Source: Syntrophales bacterium (GTDB lineage: Bacteria; Desulfobacterota; Syntrophia; Syntrophales; PHBD01). Taken from it: DNA of 64,000 nucleotides. Where the stretch lies: positions 2,880,001-2,944,000 of the forward strand of contig OY764159.1 of the NCBI GenBank assembly GCA_963668175.1. Reading direction: 5' to 3'. Below are positions 32,260-42,379 of the stretch, in pieces; position 1 is the stretch's first letter, and each line of letters begins with the position of its first letter. A program made the position numbers and the translations under genes. Under the pieces are notes generated by a model that saw only the letters and a list, made by a program, of their open reading frames with translations, did not search any database and was not told the origin of the DNA.

Positions 32260-32822
32260 TGGATACGGCCCTTTTCGGGAACTAGGCCATTCGGGCCTAT
32301 ACCCTGCCGGTGTTTTCCCGCGAGCCGACGTACCGTTTCCGCAATTCACCCTGACCGGCGTTTCCGCGATCGTGACGGACTTATTCCCTCCTGTTGGGGG
32401 GCGGCCGCGGCTTATCGATCGCTGAGGACACATCAATCCTTGCCCTCAAACGCGTCGGCGCGTCGTTTCGTGGATGCTCCCCTGCCCCCTCCTGGCAGTA
32501 TTCCCGAATTGTGTATACAACATATAGGTATAATCGTTCGGCTTGTCAAGATAAAAGAATATTTCATCCTATTCCGAGACGGTTGTGCACACGTTTATTG
32601 GAATCATTCGACGTTTGACGAGAAAGCCGGGCGTATAAGGCAAGGCAGGAGAGGAAACGGACGCAACGAGTAAGGGACGCAAAGGAGAAGTCGCTCATCC
32701 TTCATGCGTCCCTTTAATCATTTAGCGTAACAACGACAATACTCAACGCATCTTCCGACGCTGCTCCGGGTATTCCGTCGAAAACATCCGCCCGATACCT
32801 TACCTTGCGGCCGGGCCGCCGA

Positions 32823-33500
32823 CTATTTCACCGTGTATCCCCGCCCGTCAAGGCAGGCGCTTATCGCCCGCCGATAATCGGCGTTTTTCCGGGAAAAGTC
32901 GTCCCTTGTGATTCCGGCCTGCGGCATGGTCGGGTCGAACCCGGTCTGGCTCGTTGCCCAGCGGTGGCATTCATAGCGGTCGTTGGCCTGCTGCTGCTCG
33001 TTCTGCCCGTTGCGGGGATAGACATAGAGCTGCTCGGTCGGCGGCGGCGTCTGGCTGGGCGCAGCCTGGGGCGGTGAGACGACGACGTAGCCGCCCGGCG
33101 CCTGCATGTAGTAGACCTCGTTCGCGTAGTAATAGGGTACGCCCGCCACCCAGACCGTCGTGTAGTACGGCGGCAGAAACGGAACGACGACGCCGAAAGG
33201 CGGCGCGACCACCACGAAGCGTCCTCGGGCTCCCCGGTACCAGACGCCCCCTGCAAAGAAGTAGTCGACGCCGCCATAACCGAATGTGCGGTAGCCCGGA
33301 GGAAGCACGACGACGAAACCTCCCCGCGCCGGATAGAAACGGTCATGGTGAAATCGCATGTCCCGGTATTCGCCGTGATGGTGCCCCCACTCGTCGGCAC
33401 CCGCGGCCGGGGCGAACGGGAGCGGCGCTGCCGCCGCCAGGGCCGTAACGATCAACACTTTAAGGACCAGATGTATAGTCTTCTTCTTTAAATATCTCAT
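32823..33500 (-). CDS. Secreted Pro/Tyr-rich protein (DUF6515-like) with a C-terminal two-Cys domain
   Basis: Signal peptide, repeated LPP.Y...G..Y...GV.Y units, YVYP..GQ...QQANDRYEC..WA..QTGFDP, RRAISACLDGRGYTV. Confidence 0.8.
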   Translation of the reverse strand: MRYLKKKTIHLVLKVLIVTALAAAAPLPFAPAAGADEWGHHHGEYRDMRFHHDRFYPARGGFVVVLPPGYRTFGYGGVDYFFAGGVWYRGARGRFVVVAPPFGVVVPFLPPYYTTVWVAGVPYYYANEVYYMQAPGGYVVVSPPQAAPSQTPPPTEQLYVYPRNGQNEQQQANDRYECHRWATSQTGFDPTMPQAGITRDDFSRKNADYRRAISACLDGRGYTVK

Positions 33501-33527
33501 GGCCGAAGCCTCCCCTCATGTCCTACG

Positions 33528-34130
33528 TTAGCGTACGCTGTACCCGCGGCCTTCGAGGCAGGCGGACATCGCTCTCCGGAAGTTGGACGCGTTTTCTTCA
33601 TAACGGGCGTCAAGCGCCCGGTCCTGCCGGTTGTAGGCCTCCTCCATTTCCTGGGCGTATTGCTGACGGCTGGCGTCCGAAACGGCGCCCGTCAGACCTC
33701 CCGCCACGCCGCCGATGATCGCGCCCCCCGCGGCATTGTGCCTTCCGCCGATCAGGGCGCCCAGGACCGCGCCGGCAATGGCGAGAACGGCCGTGTCGTG
33801 CCCGGGCGGCGGCATGGGTACGACTTTGACGCGCTGCGGCTCCGGAATCGTCGACGAACTGGGATCGAAGCCCGTCTGTTTAACGGCCCAGTTGTAACAC
33901 TCATAATGGTCACGCGCCTGCTGGTCGGACGTCTGGTTCTTCAGCGGGTAGAAGTAGACCTGCGTCACCGGCTGCTTCGGCGCACTGGGCGCTGCTTCGC
34001 GATACGTCGCCGGATAGCATCCGGCGAGACCCAGCGCAATCGGGACGACCAGTATGCGTAGTCCTAATCTGCGAAACGGCCCTTTTCGCGAATGTATGCT
34101 CTTCCACGCGGGAACATATAAACCGCTCAT
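33528..34130 (-). CDS. Glycine-zipper lipoprotein
   Basis: Lipobox LAGC, YFYP..QQARDHYEC..WA..QTGFDP, GxxxG zipper, FRRAMSACLEGRGYSV. Confidence 0.85.
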   Translation of the reverse strand: MSGLYVPAWKSIHSRKGPFRRLGLRILVVPIALGLAGCYPATYREAAPSAPKQPVTQVYFYPLKNQTSDQQARDHYECYNWAVKQTGFDPSSSTIPEPQRVKVVPMPPPGHDTAVLAIAGAVLGALIGGRHNAAGGAIIGGVAGGLTGAVSDASRQQYAQEMEEAYNRQDRALDARYEENASNFRRAMSACLEGRGYSVR

Positions 34131-34486
34131 ATGCTTGTCTCCTTGGTTCTTTCAATTGAAAAGCTATGCGTCGTGCAGTATGCACATCCTCCCCGGCTTC
34201 CCTTTTCGCAATCCCTACATCGATATGGCGTGCATACGTTGTGCCATGAGGGGTTAATAAACGTTAAGACTTTGATATTATATGGTTATATTTGGATTTT
34301 TCTTCCTGGCGGCAGGAGAGACGCAACATGGTTCCGGATACTTTGTATCCAGTATCCAGGCGATCTGTGCGAAATAAGTATCCAGCCTCCGTCGCTTTTC
34401 AGGCCGCGCGTTCAAACGGCCTGAAAAACGACGCGGCATGGCGCCTTCATGAGCGGCGAGGCGGGAGGGACGCATTTTCGCGGCCG

Positions 34487-35152
34487 TCAGCGCCCGATGG
34501 CTTTAAGGACGGCCCTGGCGACGCTCGCAGAGGACGCCGGGTTTTGCCCCGTGATGAATTTGCCGTCCGTTTCGACATGATCTGCAAAGTTGGTCCCGGC
34601 AACGAACTTCGCGCCGAGTTCCCGCAGTTTCGACTCAAGGAGAAACGGCATGTCGGCCGCCAGGTTGACGGCATGCTCTTCGGCGTCCGTGAAGGCGGTC
34701 ATGGTCCGGCCCGCCACCAGGGGCCGTCCGTCCTTCCCCTCTGCTCCGACGAATCCCGCGGGGCCGTGGCAGACGGAGGCGACGACCTTCCCGGCCGCAT
34801 CGAATGCCTTCAACAATCGCTTCAGATCGGCATCGCCGGCAAGATCGAACATCGTGCCGTGCCCGCCGGGGAGAAAAACCGCGTCGAAGTCCCCGGCGGA
34901 TACGGTCGAGAGCTTCCGGGTCTGCTCCAGGGCGACGACTGCTTCCTGCCACTTGCTCGCCTGCTCCGCCGACGGCTTGCTCCGGGGATCGACCGGTACG
35001 GGCCCTCCCTTGGGGCTTGCCACCGTCACGTCAAGTCCGCTTGTCACGAATTGCAGGTAGGGAACGGCAAACTCCTCCAGCCACAGGCCCGTCGGCTTGC
35101 CTTCTTTGATCCGGCCCGCACTGGTTACAACGATCAGGATTCTCGATGACAT
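34487..35152 (-). CDS. DJ-1/PfpI (type 1 glutamine amidotransferase-like) protein
   Basis: TGLWLEEFAVPY, ASPKGG, FLPGGHGTMFDL, VCHGP, ITGQNPAS. Confidence 0.94.
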   Translation of the reverse strand: MSSRILIVVTSAGRIKEGKPTGLWLEEFAVPYLQFVTSGLDVTVASPKGGPVPVDPRSKPSAEQASKWQEAVVALEQTRKLSTVSAGDFDAVFLPGGHGTMFDLAGDADLKRLLKAFDAAGKVVASVCHGPAGFVGAEGKDGRPLVAGRTMTAFTDAEEHAVNLAADMPFLLESKLRELGAKFVAGTNFADHVETDGKFITGQNPASSASVARAVLKAIGR

Positions 35153-35199
35153 ATTCAACCTCTCAGGATGCGTGGAAGATTCGCCCGGCAATCCGGGCG

Positions 35200-35439
35200 T
35201 CAATTTTGGAAACCGAAGTAAAAAAGAACAAAAACGGTATAGCCCAGAAGAAAGAGCACGCCGAGCAAGAGCGAGAAGCTTTCCTTAATGTCGTCAAAGG
35301 CCGTCCCGTCCGGGGATACCCGTTCGAACAGCCTCCGCTTGAATAGACCGCAGGCCTCGCCGCAGAAATCTGCTGCATCCAGCACACCGAACATCGCGGG
35401 AATGAGGGCTCTCCCGATCCAGCCAACCTTGGTCGTCAT
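35200..35439 (-). CDS. Possible small membrane protein
   Basis: AGGGG RBS and a C-terminal hydrophobic helix. No family recognised. Confidence 0.4.
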   Translation of the reverse strand: MTTKVGWIGRALIPAMFGVLDAADFCGEACGLFKRRLFERVSPDGTAFDDIKESFSLLLGVLFLLGYTVFVLFYFGFQN

Positions 35440-36050
35440 GAATCCCCTACCCTTTTCATGGCAGACGCTTCTCAGGGTTTCCGCTGTCCCGCTCCGGCCT
35501 GGCAGGCGTTGCTTCGCGTTCCATGAAACCTGTATCACGGCTGCATCTTAACGGCGGAGCAGGCCGCGTGCAATGTCAGTTGATTGAGAGACGATTGGTA
35601 GGACCGGGATACCCGTCCTTCTCCGCCTGTCCTTCCCGGAAACGCCGGAATTGTCCCTTGGATCATGCCCGACGGGAGGCCCTTTCGGTCGTCGCAAAAA
35701 ATTAACTTCCCGATCGTGAACGAAACCGCAATCCCTTATGTAACACGTCATGGATTAACGCTTATATCAACGTATAATATAAGTTCTCTTGTGAATAACC
35801 GGCATACGGATCACGCTGCGCGATGATGCCTTGCGTTCGGATGTATTGCTTCGGAGGCATATTTGTCTTGACATCGAAGAGACTTCCGCCTATTGCCATA
35901 GGCGCTTGGTGTTGGAGTCCGTTCCCCGGGCGTGGGGGGCGGCCGGTGACAACGTCGAGCATGGGGGAGATATGCAGGCGCATGACGCGGCGCGGCCCCA
36001 TCCCTTCCGGGAGAAATCAACTGCGACATTCCAATACCTAAGGAGGAGAT

Positions 36051-37076
36051 ATGTTTCACGAAGAGCGATGCGATTTCTGCGGTGAGTGTCTGGCGAAGTG
36101 TCATTACCTGCCCTTCGACAAGGAGAGCGGCGGCAAGGCGTTTGCGGACCTGGTCAAAAACGGCAAGGCCGACTGGCTTTTCGATTGCGTGACCTGCATT
36201 GCCTGCAACGAATTCTGTCCCAAGGACGCCAGGCCTTTCGACCTGATCCTGAAGAAAATGGAAGAGGCGGGCAACTTCACCGACCCGGCCCTCCGCGCCC
36301 AGATGGCGGACCGATTCAAATCAGAAGGCGAACCCAAACCGGTGCCCAAGGCCGACCGGGCCATGTCCGTATGCGTCATGGAAGGCAGCATGCCCTGGGC
36401 GATCCAGGGAAAGCTCTTCGAAGGGCTGCCGCTTCTCAAAGGACGCCACTATTTCTGCAACGTCCTGTTCGCCCATATGGGCGACGAATCGATCATGCGG
36501 GACCGCCTGCACGTCATGGTGGACAACCTGGCCAAATCGGGTGCGAAGGAAATTGTCTTCGTCCATGACGACTGCTATGCCGTCCTCAAGGGTATGGCCC
36601 CCGAATTCGGCGTCGCCCTTCCCTTCCGGCCTGTTTCCATGTTCGAATATCTCCGGGATTATCTCAAGGAACACAGAAGCGATATCAAAAAACTGAACAT
36701 CAAGGCGGCCTACCAGCGGCCATGCGCCTCCCGGTACACGCCGGAGAAGGACGCCTTCCTCGACGAGATATTCGAGCTTATCGGCGTCGAGCACGTCCGC
36801 CGGCAGTACGACGGCGTCAACGCCATTTGCTGCGGCGTGGAACTCGCCGGGCCGAACCTCAAGCTTTTCCCCCGGGGCAAGAATTTCGAGCCTTTCCGGG
36901 ACAAGAACGTACAGGATGCCGCCTCCTCCGGCGCCGAGGCGATGGTCTATCTCTGCCCCATGTGCTTCCGCACCCTGGGCAAGAAGGTCAAGGGCGCAGG
37001 ACTCGCGAATTACATGATCAGCGACCTCTGCCGTCTGGCACTCGGTGAAACCCTGCCCGACGACAAGCCTTTTTAA
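36051..37076 (+). CDS. Fe-S oxidoreductase with ferredoxin-type and CCG domains (HdrD/GlpC-like)
   Basis: CDFCGECLAKC, CVTCIACNEFCP, YQRPC, ICCG, YLCPMC. AAGGAGG RBS. Confidence 0.9.
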   Translation: MFHEERCDFCGECLAKCHYLPFDKESGGKAFADLVKNGKADWLFDCVTCIACNEFCPKDARPFDLILKKMEEAGNFTDPALRAQMADRFKSEGEPKPVPKADRAMSVCVMEGSMPWAIQGKLFEGLPLLKGRHYFCNVLFAHMGDESIMRDRLHVMVDNLAKSGAKEIVFVHDDCYAVLKGMAPEFGVALPFRPVSMFEYLRDYLKEHRSDIKKLNIKAAYQRPCASRYTPEKDAFLDEIFELIGVEHVRRQYDGVNAICCGVELAGPNLKLFPRGKNFEPFRDKNVQDAASSGAEAMVYLCPMCFRTLGKKVKGAGLANYMISDLCRLALGETLPDDKPF

Positions 37077-37196
37077 TCCTCCAGTGTTTGTGACGCCGTC
37101 GCAACAGACAACGCAGGTGTCCGGCCTGGTGAAATATAAAGGGACCGAACCCGAAAATGGCCGATCCCGGAAAAGAGAGGAAAGTCAATAGAAATA

Positions 37197-37667
37197 ATGG
37201 AAGAAAAAGCTTTTCAGGACTATTACCCGGACGAATACGCCCACTGTTTCGGCTGCGGGCGGCTCAATAAAGACGGACTCCATCTCAAAAGCTACTGGGA
37301 CGGCGAAGAAAGCGTCTGCCGCTATACGCCGCCGTCGCAATTTACAGGGGGGGTCCCCCACAACCTCTACGGGGGCATGATCGCCTCCCTGATGGACTGC
37401 CATTCGGCCGCCACGGCCTCCGCGGCCAAACAGCGCGAGGAAGGGCTGTCTCCCGAGGGCAAACCCCTTTCCCGTTATGTCACGGCTTCGCTCAAGGTCG
37501 ATTTCCTGAAGCCGACGCCCATGAACACGGAACTTGAGCTTCGTGCCGTGATCAAGGAGATGAAGGAGAGAAAGACCATCATATCCGTCACCCTGACCGC
37601 GGGAGAACTTGTCTGCGCCCGGGGCGAGGTTGTGCTGGTGCAGCTTCCCGCAAGCAAGGTTTCATAA
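37197..37667 (+). CDS. PaaI-family hot-dog thioesterase
   Basis: HCFGCG..N..GL, YGGMIASLMDCHS, VTASLKVDFLKPTP. Confidence 0.9.
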   Translation: MEEKAFQDYYPDEYAHCFGCGRLNKDGLHLKSYWDGEESVCRYTPPSQFTGGVPHNLYGGMIASLMDCHSAATASAAKQREEGLSPEGKPLSRYVTASLKVDFLKPTPMNTELELRAVIKEMKERKTIISVTLTAGELVCARGEVVLVQLPASKVS

Positions 37668-37716
37668 GCGCGGCCGGTTGCGTCACTTGGATTTCTTTTG
37701 ATGTTTTGGAAACGTC

Positions 37717-38472
37717 TTACGACGACGGCAGGGAAAACTGTATTTCCACGCGGCGGTTCCTGAGCCGGTCTTCGCTGTTTGCATTGTCCCGCGTCGGACG
37801 GTACTCGGCAAAGCCCCGCGTCGAGACATCTTCGGGCGGAACGCCCATCGCCACGAGGGCCTTGGCGACCTGCGTCGCCCGGTCGGCGGAAAGTTCCCAG
37901 TTGGAGGCGTAGCGCCTGTTGTGGATGGGCCGGTCGTCCGTGTGCCCCTGGATTTCAACCAGCAGGCCGCGGTGGCCGGCGATGAATGCAGCAACTTTCG
38001 AAAGAATCGGCCGGACCGATCCCTTCAGGTCGGACTTGCCGGTATCGAAGACGATGTTTTCGGGAAAGGTCAGAACGACGTGCTGGAGGCGGCGTTCCAC
38101 CGTCACGTCCTGCCGTCCGTTTTCGGCGACGATCACGGCCGCCAGGTCTTTCGCTAGGCTGTCCACTTTTTCATTCCGGGACGACATGTCCACGGGCGCC
38201 TGCTCCCCCGCGTGCTGCACGACGGCGGGAATTACGGCCGGCTCCGTTTTCGCCGCAGGTTTCGCCCCGGGCTGGACGCTCCGCTGAAAAAACGGCAGGG
38301 CAAAGAGCAGGACGAAGAAGATCAGAAGGAGCATGAGGAGATCGCTCAGGGTGAGAAGCCAGATCTCGTTGCTCGTATTGCCCGACTCCTTCGCCTTTCC
38401 GATCGTCCGCAGGGGTTTCGTCGACTTGCGGATCGGCAGCTGACGGATCGAATCTCCCGGTAGTTGCGGCAT
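37717..38472 (-). CDS. motB: Flagellar stator protein B (OmpA-like peptidoglycan-binding domain)
   Basis: WLLTLSDLLMLLLIFF (conserved Asp), GHTDD, NWELSADRA, NRRVEI. Confidence 0.92.
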   Translation of the reverse strand: MPQLPGDSIRQLPIRKSTKPLRTIGKAKESGNTSNEIWLLTLSDLLMLLLIFFVLLFALPFFQRSVQPGAKPAAKTEPAVIPAVVQHAGEQAPVDMSSRNEKVDSLAKDLAAVIVAENGRQDVTVERRLQHVVLTFPENIVFDTGKSDLKGSVRPILSKVAAFIAGHRGLLVEIQGHTDDRPIHNRRYASNWELSADRATQVAKALVAMGVPPEDVSTRGFAEYRPTRDNANSEDRLRNRRVEIQFSLPSS

Positions 38473-38477
38473 CTGTC

Positions 38478-39296
38478 CTATCCGTGCCTCAGGCTGGCCG
38501 CTCTAAGAGGCGTTTCCACCAGTTCCGGCCGGGTCGTGTAAGGTTCCGCCTGGATGCCCGCCAGCGTTTCGAGTTTGTACTGAATTGCCCGGGGGTGTTC
38601 CTGATCGTAGATGTCCAGAATCCCTTCCTGGATCATTTCCATCCTGAGGAGGTCCTCGTCCATGTATTCCCTGAGTTTGTTGGACAGGGGCACGAAGATG
38701 ACGTTCGCCAGGACGACGCCGTAGAAGGTGCTGAGAAGCGCCACCGCCATGTAGCCGATCAGGTTTTCGGGGTTGCCGATATTGATGTGTCCGAAGGTAC
38801 GGATGAGGTTGACGACCGTTCCCGCAAGCCCCATGGCGGGCGCCAGCCGTGCCATGCTGGAGAGGATCTTGTGGGCCGATTCGTACTGGCCGTACGCGGA
38901 CAGGGCCTCCTTGTGGAGGATCTGCTCGATGTTCTCCCTGTTGAATTGATAGACGATGAGTCCCACTCCCGTATTGATCAGGCCCGGGGGCAGATGCTCG
39001 CATTCGTCTTCCAGGGAGCGCACGCCTCCCTTCTTGTTGACCCTGGCAAGCTTGACGATCGTCTGGATCGTGCTCTCCAGTTCTCTCTCCTTCTTAAACG
39101 ATAATTTGATGAACTTTCCCGTCATGACCAGTTTGTTCAACGGATAGGCAAGAAGGGTGGCCAGGAAGGTCCCGCCGAGGACGATCATAATGGCGTTAAG
39201 ATTGGAAGCGAATCCCAGTTGGGTCACTTCCAGGTTGAACGCCGCCAGGAATATTGCTATTAAAACGAGGAACGTGCATACGGTCTGTAAAATCAT
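38478..39296 (-). CDS. motA: Flagellar stator protein A
   Basis: IVLGGT, RVNKKGG..SLE, APAMGLAGTV, MAVALLSTFYGVVLAN..P..KL. Confidence 0.92.
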   Translation of the reverse strand: MILQTVCTFLVLIAIFLAAFNLEVTQLGFASNLNAIMIVLGGTFLATLLAYPLNKLVMTGKFIKLSFKKERELESTIQTIVKLARVNKKGGVRSLEDECEHLPPGLINTGVGLIVYQFNRENIEQILHKEALSAYGQYESAHKILSSMARLAPAMGLAGTVVNLIRTFGHINIGNPENLIGYMAVALLSTFYGVVLANVIFVPLSNKLREYMDEDLLRMEMIQEGILDIYDQEHPRAIQYKLETLAGIQAEPYTTRPELVETPLRAASLRHG

Positions 39297-39336
39297 GATG
39301 GCCCTCCCGGTGATGATCTATTGTTGACGTTAATAT

Positions 39337-39352
39337 AGCAGGACTTGTGCCA
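39337..39352 (-). promoter_or_regulatory. Sigma-54 (-24/-12) promoter of motAB
   Basis: Minus strand TGGCACAAGTCCTGCT (GG-N10-GC), about 40 nt upstream of the motA ATG. Confidence 0.75.
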
Positions 39353-39798
39353 GTACCGGCGCATCGCGGCTGGCAACATAACGTGCCGTTATTACGTAAC
39401 AATAAATCTCTTTACCAACACAACTCTTTCCGTTCATTCCCGCCGGCCGCCGAACGGGCAATTTTTGCCGGGTTTCGGCACGGCGAGGCAAGAAGAAAAG
39501 ACACATCATCATCTGCTTCTATTCCATCATTATGTCGCATCTTTTCAACTATTTGTAACTTTCAACCTGTACCAAGACATTCTTGCATGAAGCCATTGCC
39601 TGCGGCGCGATTCTATGCAAAGATAAAATATTCAGAAATAAGAATTTTTATGTTGTAAATGTAGTCGATAAAGTTGTATACAATAAAACATACTTCCCTG
39701 GGAACAATACACGCTCTTCTAAGAGACCTGTTTCGGGCGCACCCTATAGGTACATCCGTCGTTGGATCTGTATGTGAGAGGGAAAGGATCTTTGAACA

Positions 39799-41208
39799 TT
39801 GACCACGTTATTCCGCAACATCTTGATTTTCATGTCAGTATTGTTCTTTGTACCGGACGTAAGTTACGCATTCGAATATAGCGTCATGCCGGTAAACCCG
39901 GTGATGACGTTACCCTTCGTACTGCTTCTGCTCGCCATTGCCCTCATGCCGTTCATCAACGGCGGGTGGTGGGAACATCACTACCCGGCCGTATCCCTTT
40001 CCCTGGGGGGCGTGTCGCTGGCCTACTATCTCTTTTTCCTGAACAACGGCATGCGCATGGCGGCGACGGGTCTCGAATACGTCAGTTTCATCGCCCTGAT
40101 CGGCTCCCTCTTCGTCGTTTCCGGAGGCATCCACATCCGCATCAAGGGGAGATCGACGCCGCTGGCCAACGTCGCACTCCTGGGGATAGGCGCCGTCATT
40201 TCGAACCTCCTCGGCACGACGGGCGCTTCCATGATCCTCATCCGGCCTTACATACGGGTCAACAAATACCGGATCACGGGCTACCATGTCGTCTTTTTCA
40301 TTTTCATCATTTCCAATATCGGGGGGCTGCTCACGCCGATCGGCGATCCGCCTCTTTTTCTGGGATATCTTAAAGGCGTCCCCTTCTTCTGGGTTATCGG
40401 CCGCGTCTGGATTATCTGGCTCGTAGCCGTGGCGGCCACTCTTCTCGTCTTCTTCGCGATCGATACGTACTATTTCCGGAAACTGCCGGATGTCCTCGAA
40501 CACGAGGTCGAAGATGAAGGAGAGCACGCCTTCATCCAAGGTCTGCACAACGTCATCTTTCTCGTCGTCATCATCGGCGCAGTCTTTCTCCCGGAACCGA
40601 TCCGCGAGCTGATCATGATCGGAGCCGCCGTAGCCAGTTATTTCACAACGAAAAAACAGGTTCATGAAATGAACAGGTTCAACTTCGGGCCGATCAGGGA
40701 AGTGGCGATCCTCTTCGCGGGAATATTCGCCACCATGGTCCCCGCGCTGGATTGGCTGGAGCTGAATGCCGGAAAGATCGGCGTTACGTCGCCGGGTCAT
40801 TTCTACTGGTGCTCGGGAGCCCTTTCCAGCTTCCTGGACAACGCCCCGACGTACCTGAACTTCCTGACGGCATCGTTCGGCCTCCATGGACTCAGCATTG
40901 AAAATTCGCTTCATATGAAGGCCATGCTCGGCGATTTCGCCAGTATCGAAGCCGTCAAAACGGCCGCATCTTCGAGCGCGGTCGTGGCGGTTTCGTCGGA
41001 ATCTTGGCGTTACATCCAGGCGATCTCGGCCGGCTCGGTGTTGTTCGGCGCGATGACCTATATCGGCAACGGGCCCAATTTCATGGTCAAGGCCATAGCC
41101 GAGCATGACGGCGTCAAGATGCCGCTGTTTGTCGAATACATCGTCAAGTATTCGCTGCCGTTCCTGCTTCCGGTTTTCTTTCTTATCTGGTTTCTTTTCT
41201 TCCGGTAA
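39799..41208 (+). CDS. IT-superfamily membrane transporter (putative Na+/H+ antiporter or citrate-transporter-like)
   Basis: Multiple TMs, GTTGASMILIRP, NIGGLLTPIGDPPLFLG, SSFLDNAPTY, TYIGNGPNFMVK. Confidence 0.88.
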   Translation: MTTLFRNILIFMSVLFFVPDVSYAFEYSVMPVNPVMTLPFVLLLLAIALMPFINGGWWEHHYPAVSLSLGGVSLAYYLFFLNNGMRMAATGLEYVSFIALIGSLFVVSGGIHIRIKGRSTPLANVALLGIGAVISNLLGTTGASMILIRPYIRVNKYRITGYHVVFFIFIISNIGGLLTPIGDPPLFLGYLKGVPFFWVIGRVWIIWLVAVAATLLVFFAIDTYYFRKLPDVLEHEVEDEGEHAFIQGLHNVIFLVVIIGAVFLPEPIRELIMIGAAVASYFTTKKQVHEMNRFNFGPIREVAILFAGIFATMVPALDWLELNAGKIGVTSPGHFYWCSGALSSFLDNAPTYLNFLTASFGLHGLSIENSLHMKAMLGDFASIEAVKTAASSSAVVAVSSESWRYIQAISAGSVLFGAMTYIGNGPNFMVKAIAEHDGVKMPLFVEYIVKYSLPFLLPVFFLIWFLFFR

Positions 41209-41438
41209 GAGAAGCAGATGCAAAGGCTGAACGTTTCTCTCCACACCGCCGTCCGTAAACAGGATATGATTCGCCGTGGACTGGCGTAAAGGGAAACGGA
41301 CATCGTAAAAAGGGACACACGGGGGTTGACTGAACCCCGTCGGGATTGGATGTTGACCGGCGCATGGCAGAAGCCGAGGCAGGGGTATCCCTTACGTCCG
41401 CCTACTCCCCGAGGAACGGGATGGCCGGGCGTCCCGCG

Positions 41439-42056
41439 CTATGCGATGCCGTCCAGGTGGCAGGTGTCGTTGAGGAGCATGAGAATGGGTTTGCTTCCCG
41501 GCAGACAGTCCAGCCTGGAGAGGGAACCGTTCAACAGCCAGAAGCTGCTCAGATTCTTCGCGTCGAGGCCCAGGGCATGGCATATCATCCCCCTGACGGG
41601 CCCCATATGGGTGGAGACAAGGATCGTCTTGTCTTCGGAGGCGATTCTATCGAACAGGAGGCCCGCCCTTTTTATCAGATCGGCGTAATTTTCCCCGCCT
41701 GTCGGCCTGCCGAGGCCGCCGTTTTGCACCCAGGCCTGCCAGTCCTCAGGAAAACGCACGGCGATCTCGTCGCGCGTAAGCCCCTCCCACTCGCCGTAGT
41801 TGCATTCGCGAAGTTCCGGCAGGGCTGTCACCGGGATCTCACGCCCCTGAGCCGCGGCAACGATCCGCGTCGTCTCGAGTACCCGTCCTATGTCGCTTGA
41901 ATAGATCTCATCGAAACGGACGGACGCAAGCCGTGAGGCCAGGGCCTCGGCCTGACGCCGTCCCCGTTCGTTCAAGGGTATATCGGTCCGTCCCTGGATG
42001 CGCCTGGCCCTGTTCCAGTCCGTCTCTCCATGGCGGGTCAAATAGATAATGGAAAT
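41439..42056 (-). CDS. Histidine phosphatase (phosphoglycerate mutase/CobC-like), probable ATT start
   Basis: IIYLTRHGETDWN, SSDIGR, LRE..YGEWEG, GGE, STH, LNDT.HL. GGAGG lies 6 nt before an in-frame ATT. Confidence 0.88.
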   Translation of the reverse strand: MSIIYLTRHGETDWNRARRIQGRTDIPLNERGRRQAEALASRLASVRFDEIYSSDIGRVLETTRIVAAAQGREIPVTALPELRECNYGEWEGLTRDEIAVRFPEDWQAWVQNGGLGRPTGGENYADLIKRAGLLFDRIASEDKTILVSTHMGPVRGMICHALGLDAKNLSSFWLLNGSLSRLDCLPGSKPILMLLNDTCHLDGIA

Positions 42057-42379
42057 GGTACACCTCCGTGTGTGGAAAATCCGCCTTTTTCACGAAGCCG
42101 GATGCGGCAAGGTCCCCGGCCTGTTAAAAGCGTACTTTCTTCTTATTTTTAAACGATCATGGGAAAATCGGGGACGGTCCTTGGACGATACGTTATGCCG
42201 GTGCCGTCAGTATCGGCGGCACAGGAAAGGGGTCCGGTACAATGTGTTGGCCTGGCAACGGGCGATTTCGGGACGAATATCCGCCCCGGCGATTTCCCAT
42301 CATGTCTTGCCGCCCTATATACCATGCCCTGATAAATCTCAAGCCGGACGACGCGTTTTCGGGGGCGGAATCAGCCGCC

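Noticed and set aside
32640..32720. c-di-GMP-I riboswitch (GGGACGCAAA)
   Set aside because: It lacks the GGCAAACC/GAAA P1 arm and the P2 stem, and there is no downstream plus-strand gene.
37717..39296. MotA/MotB pair as Zorya ZorAB
   Set aside because: Canonical stator motifs and lengths, no long ZorA tail, no zorC/D/E, host-like GC, and a sigma-54 promoter typical of flagellar genes.
39371..39388. Second sigma-54 promoter upstream of motA
   Set aside because: GG-GC spacing is 11 nt on both strands, not 10.
39638..39654. Third PerR box upstream of the antiporter
   Set aside because: Only the left half-site (ATAAGAATT) matches, within an AT-rich tract.
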